In this document: piece by piece, positions 1 through 12,393 of the stretch
How positions within the stretch are numbered: position 1 is the stretch's first letter
Layout: each line of letters starts with the position of its first letter
Assembly: GCF_964204865.1 (NCBI RefSeq)
Contig: NC_135262.1
Span: 3,596,001-3,660,000, forward strand
Direction of reading: 5' to 3'
DNA: 64,000 nucleotides
From: Styela clava
Taxonomy: Eukaryota
Position numbers and translations under genes: made by a program
The notes under the pieces: generated by a model
What the model was told of the DNA's origin: nothing
Databases searched by the model: none
The model's input: only the letters and a program-made list of their open reading frames with translations

Positions 1-669
1 TATTTTTTGTATTTAAAGTTTGGCTTGGGTTTAGATTTGTAATTCTGCCATCTCCGACGTATTCAAATCATATAGTCACATGAAAACTAATCTGAATGAA
101 AGTTTTTCGTCTAACTGAGCCCATCACAAGCGCGTTTAACACACAAATTAAGACGCACTTCTTAGTAATGTGCCTGTAGGTTCAATGAGTTATAGCATAT
201 TTACATTGCGTTATCGTAGATTTGTTTAGACCCCCGCGGCCAGTTAGTCCGTTCATATTGAGTGTTTACAGACAAACACGAATTCTTGCGTTTTTTTTCT
301 TGAAAAAAATATCTTAGTTGTTTCAAGCATGGACTGGCAAAACACTTTTCTTGCTATACAATAACCAATCTTATTAATTCATATTTACTTTTCAGGAAAA
401 TAAAATTTCCATACTTCGCAGAACCTTATCTTAATCCGACATAAGTGTTAAACTGACATATTGCAGACAGGGCGTGTAAAAAACACGTTCCGAATCGTGA
501 TTAGTATATAATTATAAACAACACTTTGTGATAAATTACGGTGATTTTGTCCAAAAAATTGAGGGCGGATTTTCATATGACCCTTATTATATAAAACGTT
601 TTACTTGTTCGCACTGAAGCAGGCGCTGGACGAGCGTTTCATTGGAAAATAGGAGATACTGAGCTTGAT

Positions 670-866
670 ATGATCGGATAGGATATAATTTACATATTTA
701 TCCCGGGGGAGGAAGCCGTAACCGACCAACAATTACGTGAACCACCCTACAGCGAGGAGTCCAGCAATCCTCTTGTACTTAATCATCTACGCATGGGATT
801 CGAACCTGCCCAGGCAGGGTAATCAGAGGTGCGGTGGCAAGCGTATTCCTAACGCTCAGCACGACG
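670..866 (-). mobile_element. tRNA-derived SINE
   Basis: Minus-strand B box GGTTCGAATCCC (795-806), A-box-like GTGCTGAGCGTTAGG (848-862), about 120 bp of unique body and a TATCC-type tail (TATCCTATCCGATC). No cloverleaf can be folded. Confidence 0.7.
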
Positions 867-2641
867 TTGGAAAATCAGGTATTGAACCCAAAATTTTAAA
901 CATTGTACGTCCAGGTACTTCAGCATAACCAAACCCTAAATATTTAATCTGCGTATACAAATACATATATTTTAAGAATATTGGAATTGAAGACTATTTT
1001 TTGTTATTTAAAGTGTTAATAGCACACTTTGTATTATATCTACTTTACCAAATCACAACAAGCAGAGACATTTTTTACAGTGAAATTCGGTTTGGTTTTA
1101 TCTACCGAGTTTTTTAACAGTAAACTAACCTAAATCGGAGATTTTATCTGTCTTGATTCAACATAAAGGAAACCATTATGTCTGAACTTGTTGAAGTTTC
1201 AAGAACAATTTCGGTTCTAAACGAATAAATTAGAACTTAATCAGTTTAATAGTTCAAAGATAACGAGTCGAAATAAAACGGTCGAATTTATCATTCAATT
1301 CTGTTTTGCTATGAATACAGATTTGACAAAATTTTTGTCTTTTTTCTATGCCGTTGAGTTGTTGTATCCGTATTTGTAAACTTTAGTGCTGCGTTAGGAA
1401 GCAACAGTATGTGAGATGAATATTTCGGTAGAGATTTATTCTAGTTCTTCCTAACAAATACGCACTAATAGAGGTTATGAGTGTTGGGGAGAATTAACGT
1501 CGGTGAGAGCAGCTAGCTTTGAGTCTCTGAAAGAATCATCTCCTGATTTCAATTTTTCAGTGATGTAGTGGACGATGCAAGATATGAAGAAGACAAATTA
1601 GATTATTAACTAGATTTAACAGGATTGAGTTGACAATATATTTAATAATTGGTCTTTCTTATCTACAGGGACTCTAATACTTGACTTTACCAACTTTCAT
1701 TTAACAAATTCACTCAACGCTTCATCGTAGCTTATCCAATATTCAACTCCTTCATCTCGTTCTAAGCAGGGCTTTTTGTCTTTCAACATTTCTCAAAATG
1801 CATCAATTGATGAGTTATATAATATAACAGTTATTAGAATGTTAATCTCTGATTTTAGATCATCGTTTCTGTTTGTATATTACTTTAAAGTATTATCCTT
1901 TCGAAAAAAAAAAAACTGAATTGTTACATATGTAATTTTGCATGTGTAGGAACCCCGTGACTATACTTCAGGGTAGCCCTTCACGAACTTTCATTTATCA
2001 ATATTACTAAAGTTTTCATTGAAACTCATTTTATCTCATTCCAGTGCTTTTAATTTTCCAAGTTTTTGCGAAATGCATCAATTGACGGACTGCACCATGT
2101 AACAGTATATGCTGTCGGGGCTAAACAATTTTTCCTGCCTGTGCCGTATACCTTATCCACTTTTGGATAAATATAATGTAACCTATTATATAGGACTGAT
2201 ATTATTGATATTTCAATCTCTGAACATCTCACATCCTTATCGAATTTAAAACTGACTAGGAGTAAAGTGCAAAGTCTAAAACAGTCAAATCGACGCGCGG
2301 CACATATTTAATTACTGACTATTGAAACTTTGCGCGTTCGCTATCTCACGTATTTTAGAACGACTGCAAATGTTTACAATCAACACCTAATAAACTGCAT
2401 GTAGCAATTAACTTCATATGACCATTTAACAGTTTATCAGCAGTAAAGGCTGCAGCAGTTTAATGACCTCTCGCTTCCAAGAGCATTGTCTTAGTTCGTG
2501 AATGGTCCAACCTTATACAATTTTTCCTAATTCGCAGAAATTGTCGATGGCTCAATAAAAACGGTGAAATTCAAGTTAACCCCACTGATAGCCATGTTTT
2601 TTTAAAAGCATTGACAAACAATTCATACTCTATAATTGATT

Positions 2642-4099
2642 GATGAATGCTTATTTGACATTAAGTATACACTATGAAATATATTTAAACATTTTCGGTA
2701 TTATTACTTATTTTGCCAAGTAAAACATTTTAATGAGTGTGGAAAAATCGTTAGCCTACATGGATTTCCTTAAATAATGAACACGCTATGTTTTTCCTGA
2801 CGTTAACTAGGGGTAAAACGCTGGTAATTGACCTGGCTGTTTCTCTGACCGTACAGACTTGAATGACAAATGGTATGAGCGATGCAGAATGTGGGAAAAG
2901 ATAAAACTATATTTTAAACCTAAACCTAGAATAGTTTGCGATTGCTCAATAGTTTGTTTTTTCTTTGCAAAAAATTGATAATTCACCTTAATCCCTATAC
3001 CGACCGCATTGACAGCGAAGTCCTGAGAGGTGATGAGAATAAAATCGATGTCGCATTTTAAGCCGAAACGTATTATTAATGTAAAATGTAGTGATTTAAA
3101 TTTTAAACCATTGCAAACAGAAAGTGATCGTGTTTAATTGCTTCATAGTTTTTATACAGTTCAATATATATTCATAATCCTAAATACAGAGCAAAAACTG
3201 TACATCGTTGGATGACGCCACTTTATGGTTATGGGCGGTTTAACTATATTAAATTACTTCGCAAGATTAATTGATGTTGAACCTCTAGTCCTCGTAAACG
3301 ATTGACAATGAAGTCATAGTCTAAATCTGCCTTATTGTATTGGCAAACACTTCACACTCCATAATTTATCGATGAATTCTTTTTGACATATAAACTATGA
3401 AAATACTTTTAAAAATTTACGATATTATTACTGATTTTACCAAGTCAATCATTTTTGATGAGTGAGCCTACATGGTTTTTCTTGAATAATAGGCACACAC
3501 GTTTGTTCATAAAGCTGACTCGAGAAAAAATTGCTGATAATTAACCTGGCTGGTTTCTTGACTGCACAGACTTGAACGACGAATGGTCTATGCGATGCAG
3601 AATATGCTAAAAGATAAAACTATATCCTAAACAATATTGCGTTAATTTTAAGTGGGATTATTCTAAACCTAAATAGACTGGATGAGTTTTGGATGGTTCA
3701 ATAGTTTGTTTTTTCTTATGTTGACTATAGGCAAAACATTGATAGTTCACCTTCCTATTCTTTATACAGTAATAACAGCAAAATCGTGAGAGGTGATAAG
3801 GATAAAATCGAGGTCGCGTTTTAAGCCGAAACGTATTAATGTACAATGTAGTATTTTAAAACCATTGCAAACTGGAAGTGATCGTGTATAATTGCTTCAT
3901 AATTTTTCTTCAGTTTCATATTTATCCATAATCCTAAATACAGAAAAAAAACTGTACATCATTGGCCAACGTCATTTTATGGTTATGAGCGGTTTAACGA
4001 TATTAAATCACTTCGTCGCAAGAGATTAATTAATGTTCAACTTCTCGTCCTCGTAAACAATTAACAATGAAGTCATACTCTAAATCTGCATCATTGCAC
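2642..4099 (+). repeat. Diverged tandem duplication, 2 x about 700-730 bp
   Basis: 2642-3340 and 3371-4099 are colinear, e.g. TTTTAAGCCGAAACGTATTA, ACCATTGCAAAC, CATAATCCTAAATACAGA and ACAATGAAGTCATA occur in both units. Confidence 0.9.
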
Positions 4100-4517
4100 A
4101 GACAGAGGGAATTTTATAGGGAAATGAGAGACAGGTAACGAACTTTGCGGTATATATCGCGAACCGTTGACTTGGGAATAGAAAGATCACACATTAAAGT
4201 TAACACTACCACCACAAAAACATACTGAAAATGAAGTAAAAGTTCCAATACTGTGGTATGTGACCCAACGGATCATGAGCGTACAAAACTATGTAATTAG
4301 GTAAAAATATACAAAAGTACTTCACTATAACATATAAACTATCTATTTATTCTACCTTATACATAATGTTCGGACTTGCGTATGTTCGTTGAATTACGCA
4401 TATTCGTTGAATCTCGCTAATGATTTGGTTTCTGCGAGACTAACTATTTATATTTTTTGTGCCGGTGGATCCGTATACATATAATGCAAGAATGCTGTAG
4501 CGAGAGTGAAGATACCT

Positions 4518-4599
4518 ATCTTAAGTGATTCAAGAGTCTTGCTGCACACTAACACATATATATTTTTGTGTGTAGCAAGACTATTGACTCACTTAAGAT
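4518..4599. mobile_element. Penelope-like pseudo-LTR 3' end, arranged as a palindrome
   Basis: Arms ATCTTAAGTGATTCAAGAGTCTTGCTGCACAC and GTGTGTAGCAAGACTATTGACTCACTTAAGAT are inverted repeats. The same sequence abuts the hammerhead motif at 26461-26550. Confidence 0.6.
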
Positions 4600-5336
4600 T
4601 CGTTGAATTCGTTATGAGTTACACGCATTGTCATCTAATTTTAATCTTATATAAAACGCCCAAATTCAACTTGAGTTCAACTTTAAATAGATTAGCAATG
4701 TAAACCATTTCATATCAAATAATTTGCTACGGTCTGTCATGCATCACGGAACAAGAATGTACTGGAACAGATTATTCTGTCTCAAATATTTCATTTTAGT
4801 TTGCGTTATGGATTAATGTATATTTGAAAATATCAAATACATTTTGAAGATGTAGGATTTGTAACTGATACTACAATCAAAAAACTCAAATATTTTACAA
4901 AAATTGGAAAAATGTTTTCAAAATTTGAACTTCTGTTCGTGTATGACTGTAACTAACATTTTTAGTAATCTAGGACGTTTTACAGAAAAGTTATCTTTCT
5001 CTAGAATATGTTCTAAATGATTTGTGTTCTGCTTTTAGGAGGCAACCCTGGAGCTTGGTCGGTTTATTTCAGCCACACAAGCAGCAAGTCCAACTTTTAT
5101 CAATATTTTTAGAACGCGTTTACCATACGTATACAGTCACGTTCTGTTCTATTATAAGATTATCCCGCATAGGCGTTAAAAGAATTTCTAGGAAAACGAA
5201 CTCGCTTAAGCGAAAGTATACACTGTGTGTTTCAACTTAGAGTAAGATTAGACGTTACGTAGTTTTTAAATTGCGCGTAATTGAACATTTTGGTTAAAAA
5301 TGGTTTCATTACTGAGATGAACTGTCATGTAGTAAC

Positions 5337-5718
5337 GTACATTTATGTTAAGTGATAGTCTGGAACTAACTTATAATACCTGTGAGACATTTTCGCTAAA
5401 TTTTATGGATGGTCGTTTTTATGGATGGCCGTTTGCACAGGGGCCCAAAATCGGCGAAAAGTCCCAATCGTAAAATACTTCAATAAAATAATTTCAAAAT
5501 AGGAATAAATTAAAAGTTGTTTTGTTTACACAAACAATACCGTACAATTATCTAATTTGAACAACACTCGTTAAAAATTGTTAGTCAGCGACCAAAGGGC
5601 GCATTTTAAAACTTTGTCATGAACGCAATTTTACATAGATACGCCACTGTGTGGTATATTTACGTTAAGTGATAGTCTGAAACAACTTATAATATCTGAG
5701 ACATTCTCCCTAAATTTT
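5337..5718 (+). repeat. About 65-bp direct repeats flanking a truncated TIR element
   Basis: 5337-5404 and 5654-5718 share GTTAAGTGATAGTCTG..AACTTATAATA..TGAGACATT..CTAAATTTT. The spacer ends in TACGCCACTG (5640-5649), the reverse complement of a CAGTGGCGTA-type TIR. Confidence 0.7.
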
Positions 5719-7355
5719 TTGAAAAAGTAACTCTCGTGGTTCACCAATTATTGTAGCAATTTCGCTTACTATGCTTACTCAACTATTTCACTAAAGTTAT
5801 ATTTATCTAGAACATGCCAATCCTTTAGGATCCGTATGCGCTAATCATTTCTAATATTATATCAATATTTTACGTTGTACACTAAATTTTGTCAAAGTTG
5901 TACTTCTGTAATATTGTTTTCATCTATCCAAGCACCTAGATAACTTTTATACAATTAAATAATAATAAAAAAACACTCATAAATTCAATTCTGAAAAACT
6001 TCATTAATTCTCCTAACTGTCCGCTATGGTTTTGTACATATAAACAACCCGTCCAGTCTACTTTTAAAGTAACTACCATAAAATACTTAAACATCTAAGT
6101 AAAAATCTACATATATAACATATACATTCTATAAATTCTACGCATTGAAAACAGTTCGGCGATAGCACAACCGTGCGCCAACCTGGACAAGCGAAACTGG
6201 CGGCGGATTCTCCGTCGGTTCTCGTTCTCATTTTTTTTTTTTCAAGTTCTCTCGTTTTGAATTAGGCGTTCTCTCGTTAACGCCTAAGCACATTGAAATA
6301 AGTACATTTAGTTGGACAAACATATTCGGGGGCCAATCTGGATCATACAACCCGAGCCGACGAGGATTGTTTGCATTGGCTGTCTGACCAGCTATTTTCA
6401 CCGACGTACTTTAATAAAACAGGAAGACCGGCATCAGACCAGAAAAAATTGAAAGTCTTGGTGACTTTGTACAGCAAAATCATGTTTATATACACTTATT
6501 AGAGGAAACATAAATATATTCCCGAAAAAAATTGACATTTTTTGAGTTGTACTAAATATCGAACCGAATATACTGTTAATCTGGGACATGATATAACATT
6601 CATGTATAGGAGACTTTTCTACTTTGTTTTCTCTAAAGCAGACTCTGGATAAGCATTGAACGAATTTGACATAGCTCTTTCCGTTAGTTTAAGCAAACCG
6701 AAACTAGAAACGCATATATGTAACTTAACACAGCGTGAATATTATTTAGGTTGACTGTTGTTCACGGAGACTCAGAACAAATTTATAAAAATAAAAACAA
6801 GATAACAAATTGTTACTAACTGATTATTGTTTCCTGAGTAAACTATAGCATTACGCTATTTAATACCTCAGATATATTTTCTGTTTTTTTATTCAAAGAG
6901 TATTCAGTATTTTAATAAGTAAACGAATAGCTCGCGTACCCCCTATGACTAGGTCGATTTAGCATTTCTGAATAATAAAATCCGATCACCTGAACAACTT
7001 CGTACAACATAACCAGCAACTTAGAATAACTTCAACATTTCACAAAACCAATAAATATCTTTAAGAGTTCTTAATCTAATTCAGCATAGCGCCCCACCCA
7101 GCCGGTCTTGTAAACAGCACATAAGCCCATCTCTTTTCATACTCGCATATACATAACAACTCGACCGTGATGCCTAATACCTATTCAATAGTACTTAATG
7201 CGCGGGTCTTATCACATAGAGAGGCGTAATAATATGTCTTCGCTTCGAGATGATGATGCAATAAAACTGTTTCAATATTGAGATGATGCTTATATTGTGT
7301 CTTAGTTTGAAAGGGTTTTAATCTAAAAATTGGGATAAAATGAATGACTTTGAAT

Positions 7356-7800
7356 CAGTGGTTTTCAACCTTTGTTAGTGGAGCAGATTCCCCAATGAAA
7401 CAGGCTCGAGGAATCCTGTACAGTGGCCTATTTGTAGGATCTATTACTATATATATGAAGCAAACTCAATACTGCCAAAACAAAATGATCTTTTAAATGT
7501 CGAAACTAGCAAGTTTAATAATAGTTCCAAATCTAATAAGTATTTGATTATATTTAAACAATATACATATATTAATATAGTGAGAAAAGTGAATGTATGA
7601 CGGTGGTTTTCATCCTTTTTAGTGGAGCGAAACATTCCAGAGGTTCGAGAAATCCCTGTGCAATAAGTTTAATTGCCTTTTATGAGTTGCATTGTATAAA
7701 TATAAAAATGCAAATCTAATACTGGCAAAACAAAATGATCTTTAAAACGTGGAAAGTTTAAAAATAGTGCCAAATTATATCTAAACAATATACATGAATA
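7356..7800 (+). repeat. Tandem pair of truncated hAT-MITE left ends, unit about 245 bp
   Basis: Units start CAGTGGTTTTCAACC (7356) and CGGTGGTTTTCATCC (7601) and share AATACTG.CAAAACAAAATGATCTTT and AAGTTTAA.AATAGT. Confidence 0.7.
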
Positions 7801-8539
7801 TACCCTCTCGGATTTGAATGGAATTCTTGCGGAACTCTCACTGTGCTCACTGAGTAAAAACAATTGATAGGAAATCAGAATTTATGATTTATATGGATAC
7901 CTGTCATTTGTGAAATATAAAGATGGTCTTTTTTTGCCTGTATTATCTGGCCACATTCAACATAAATACTACTGTGAAGGCTTTTAACCCGCAAGAGTTT
8001 TGTATTGTTTGACTCGCGCTAAAGATGCTAGCGATCAAAAAAAATAAAAAATACTTTTTTGATTCACTTGAAACAGTTGAAACAGGGTAGCAGCTTTTGT
8101 CTAATACAGCATGCAAAATAAAAACTTTGTGACCTATTCAAAAGCAGAAAACTGTCATGTTGATAGGTTTTTATATGCCAAAATAGGCTTAAATTCAACG
8201 AATCTGTTTAAATGCGCTATTTTCACGTCCACACCTACAGGTTAAACCTTTAATCTCTCATAGGGAGTGGTTGTTTTTATTATGGCTACGATAAACGATC
8301 CTCCACCACGGCTACTGAAACTTCTGTACTAAATTATACAAACTCAATGTAAGCATTGAGTATTCACCTTTTGTGACTGTTGAAATGACAAAATTTACGT
8401 GCAAGACCAGTGACTTTGAATCTTTTTTTTGTGGCCCATTTTTGTTGCACGAAAATATGTGGCCCATCGATTTCTACGTGAAATCGAAAATAAATTGTTT
8501 TCGTAAAGATAGACACTTCCACTTTGATAATCAAAATTT

Positions 8540-8818
8540 AAACGAGAATATCGGTCGGAGACCGAAGACTTATCGATCTTAGATCGGTAATCAGTTAATA
8601 ACTTGCTAATTATACGACATAATTAACCCAAAATTTATAGGCTTCGAGGTAATCTATTGGTCCGAGGTAAGATGCATGCACATGCAAAATTTGGAGCAGA
8701 TTCAACCACGCGTTCGTGAGATATCGCGTTCATCTATCAGACAGACAGACAGACAGACAGACATACATACAGACAAATACCTATCAATATACTTACCGAT
8801 CTTAAGATCGATAAGTAA
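8540..8818 (-). mobile_element. Helentron-associated interspersed element (HINE/DINE-1-like), family 1
   Basis: Subterminal inverted repeats ACTTATCGATC (8568-8578) and GATCGATAAGT (8806-8816), terminal hairpin TCGGTC-GGA-GACCGA (8551-8565), a (CAGA)n/(CATA)n microsatellite at 8738-8775, and AA/TT termini without a TSD. This matches the established HINE architecture. Confidence 0.85.
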
Positions 8819-8898
8819 TTACCACTCAGTAGCAAAACAGCATCATCATTCATTGCTGCTACAATAAAAGTTCAATTAAGTAACTTACCATTTTTTAT

Positions 8899-9109
8899 TA
8901 CTCCCGTAGTGTGTGTACCAGGTTAGGGTTAGGGCATAATTCCATTCCGATTTTCCTTATTTTAGTTCTATCACAAGTTCGGGTACTGTCTGAGTTAGTC
9001 AAGTAAATATCCCCTGCCCATAGGTTTCAGTATCGTTACACAACTTGATGTAAAGTAGGTGAACAAAAATTAGTTATCTCCATATTGGTACACACACTTC
9101 TTGAGCGCC
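8899..9109 (+). mobile_element. Merlin-like MITE, subfamily B
   Basis: TACTCCCGTAGTGTGTGTACCAGGTTAGGGTTAGG ... TGGTACACACACTTCTTGAGCGCC; colinear with copies at 43907, 51970 and 57231. Confidence 0.85.
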
Positions 9110-10004
9110 ACGCCGTCAGCGCTTAAGCAACATAGATGTTATGTATGGGTAAATGATGCCAAACTTATTTGTTTATTTTGATTTTTTGATCGCTATACCA
9201 TCTCTGGAACAACTGGAATGGCTGAATCCCATCGAAGGAGTGATATTCCCGATCTAGACTCTATTTTTAGACATTGTTAACTCTCACGCTTCGTGATATA
9301 ACTCCAAATTTAAATTTTTTATTGGTCACTGATGACGCCGATTACCCAACTTAAAGTAAGTTAACAGGCCACCAAATGCCCACCATCTCGAGAATGTCGT
9401 CAGTATCAAACTAAAGGGGTGATATATATGCTCGATCTGGCATTCTAGAAAAAATGTAAAAGAATAATGCATAAAATCTGTTTGAAATATCATGAAATTT
9501 TTGTTTTGAGTAACAGTGTCATGTTGACACACGCGACATGGTAAAGTAGGAACATTGTTTGCAGAGCCCTCTTGCGTTTTTACTGTAATAGCCCTTAACC
9601 TGCAAGAATTTTGTTTTGTTTGCCTTGCTTGTAGGTACTTGTAAGTTTGATTCACTTAAAGTGATTGAAACATAATGAGGAGCGTCGGTCTTAGACAGCG
9701 TGCAAAATCAAAACATTGTGACCCTTTCAAAAGCAACAAACGAGCTGTTCATGATATAAAGAGTCGTTGTTAAGTTCCTCTATTTTTATGTGAGATTCAT
9801 ACCCCCGGTTCGAATAAATCTGTAACATGACATGGGTCATAACAATACTGTTTTTATAACAACCACATTATTCTACACCTATAGAACACTTTTAGTTGAG
9901 AGCGCGGAGCTTTGCTTTGAACCTTATAGACAAAAAACTTCCGCTTCTAAACCATGCTCTACTCGAGAAGACAACATCATATTGGGAGTCCTATGCTTGG
10001 AGCG

Positions 10005-10922
10005 ACAAAGTACCAATCAAGTACAGAGTTATGTATAGATTGAACTCTCTAGTACATGTAGCCTGACAGCATCGCGATCAAAATGACTAAAAATAGGTCT
10101 AATGGAGAAACTCACAGTGGAATTTCGATTCGCGAGTCAAATGTATGTCTGTAAAATGTATTCCTGTTTTTGTACAGTTTAAGTAGTTTATAAAGTGTTT
10201 ATAAAGTGAGTAAGTATTATAGTGGCATAAAAAAATTGAAGAATATTACTACTACTACATCGAATAAATAGCAAAACGGTGTGTTAGCGGCTGGTATTTA
10301 GACATTTTTAGTTCAAGACGGAAACAATCTACTGTTCAAATAAACGAACAGGTCTTAGTAGATACGTCCGAATAATGCATGTAGAACATTTTCGAAACAA
10401 ATATGTTTCCCCGTCGTTGCTGTCTATGAATATGACGTTACAATGCCCATGCGAAGTGCCAACGCATGACGTGGTATCAATAACCAACTACTAGAATGCC
10501 TCTGTTAAATTGAGGTGCGGCCCGTGGTTTCACCCAGTTTTTTGTATCTGACCTTCCTCAATTAAGTGTTGTACACCCCGTCTTAGTAGATTTGAGTGGT
10601 AGCGTGTCTAGAGTTTTTTTCACGCCGAAAATATATAAGACCCACTTATTCCGATGACATGGAACACATTTTCATCGTTTTTATTTTATATAAATAGGGC
10701 CCCAATATTAAAAGGACCATCAGGGTCTCTAAATGGCATGGTTGCTGCTATATATACAGTAAATTTTATAACAGGTACACAAAGTACCGATCAAGTACAG
10801 AGTTATATATAGATTGGACTCTCCAGTACACGTAGCCTGACATCATCGAGATCAAAATGACTAAAATTAGGTATAGTGGAGAAACTCACAGTGGAATTTC
10901 AATTCACGAGTCAAATGTGTAT
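10005..10922 (+). repeat. About 140-bp direct repeats separated by about 630 bp
   Basis: 10005-10146 and 10779-10922 share ACAAAGTACC.ATCAAGTACAGAGTTAT, GTAGCCTGACA and GGAGAAACTCACAGTGGAATTTC. Confidence 0.85.
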
Positions 10923-10991
10923 TGGCTATTGTCGTAGGTGGATGACGTTTGTCCTGGCACTACTTCGGATCACATCAACAAGTTCTAGAAA

Positions 10992-11190
10992 AGTGGTGAT
11001 TCCCAACGTTTTATGGCTCGTGGCTCCATTCCGAAGGCTTTTAGCACTCATGGCCCCTTGTTTATCATTCTGGTGGTTATGATAGTGTTATTTTGATTTG
11101 TAAAATACGAATCCCATTAGGTTCAAACATTTCATGCTCAACAAAGTGAAAACATCCTGTGAAATATCCTTATCAAGCAATGAAACTAAA
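10992..11190 (-). mobile_element. hAT MITE fragment, same family as 28165-28468
   Basis: Reverse complement contains CATGAGTGCTAAAAGC.TTCGGAA..AGCCACGA.CCATAAAA, matching about 28410-28455. Confidence 0.7.
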
Positions 11191-12241
11191 AAGAACGAAA
11201 AGTTCTCTTGTACAGTGAAAAGTAAAATTAGTACTTTGTCATATCATCTATAAGCAAAAAACCCAGAGATGGTCACTGACATTAGTACATGCTGCTGATT
11301 GATAACCTCGTGAATTTTATTCTGGTCAGCTTTTTATGATACGTTTTCACAACTTTGCTCGGATCGAGACTTCAGACAGCTTGGCGCTTATAGCTCGATT
11401 CGTGAATAAATTTCAGCAACGCGAGAAGAAAAACATAGAAAAACAAACGATAGAAAAATACTTTGTGGCATTTTCGTGGTGGATTAGATTTTCCTGGTAA
11501 AAACATGTTTATTTTACGCTGCAATCACGATTATGATAACACAATTCATTTCTAATAAATATACCGGAAGGAGAAATAAACACCTTTGCCCTTTAATGAG
11601 ATAAGTTGAATGTTTTACAAATGGCGTTCTATTTAATTCGTTTAATTCTAAGATTATCTTTGAGGGCGTGTCAGGTTATACATGTCATCTTTACAAAAAC
11701 AAACACGTTTTGATGGCGACAAACACACTGGCGTAGCTTCAGGTCTCGGGTTCGAGTCTTTTCTGCTCCGTTTATGAAATATTTAATATGTAATACCTCA
11801 TGTATTCGCTGAGTTCACTGATAACTATAAAAGCTATCGGGATCGGCATTGTCTATTCAGTTTTGGGTGCCGCTTCGGTATGCGATCTCAACACCATAAA
11901 GCTACTTCAGCGTGATCTCACTTGCTTAACGTGATATCAATCGCACTACAATTGGTCCCTTTTTGGAATGCGTTTAAATTGATAGAGACATCCTCAGATA
12001 ATTCGGGTCCTAACCCCAACCGTGTCATTGTTAGGACACTAAAACCAGGTAGATACTGAAATCACTGAGACTACTCAACCGTTCAACTTTTCGCGTTAGT
12101 GGCGGGGGCTTTCTACAAAAGATCCATCGTCTGTGTGTACCACGGTTATAATGTAATCGCATACAAAAACTATATATCATTGTCTAAAGGGGGTAAGCTA
12201 TGCTATGCATGCTACAGCGCCTCCCGATAAATACGTATAAC

Positions 12242-12393
12242 CAGTAGTGGGATTCAAATTTTTTGTCAGCCGGTTCCATCGTCAGGCGGTTCTGTTACAA
12301 AAAGTCATGTAATGCTAACCGGTTCACTGATCTCATAAATTTCCGTTAGACGATTCTATAGAACCGGTGCGAACCGGCTAAATCCCACTACTG
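12242..12393. mobile_element. hAT MITE, 152 bp, intact
   Basis: TIR CAGTAGTGGGATT / AATCCCACTACTG, perfect 8-bp TSD CGTATAAC (12234-12241 and 12394-12401), repeated subterminal (AA)CCGGT motifs. Confidence 0.92.

Noticed and set aside
3025-3075. TGATGAG...GCCGAAACGTA as a second hammerhead (also near 3790-3840)
   Set aside because: The core begins GTGATGA rather than CTGANGA, no stem II can be paired, and the duplicate copy does not conserve the box.
8921-8934. GGTTAGGGTTAGGG as an interstitial telomere or chromosome-fusion scar
   Set aside because: Only about two units, always at a fixed position inside a TSD-flanked MITE.
11729-11765. A-box-like TGGCGTAGCTTCAGG and B box GGTTCGAGTC as a tRNA gene
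   Set aside because: The boxes are only a few bases apart, with no anticodon arm or acceptor stem; at most a SINE scrap.
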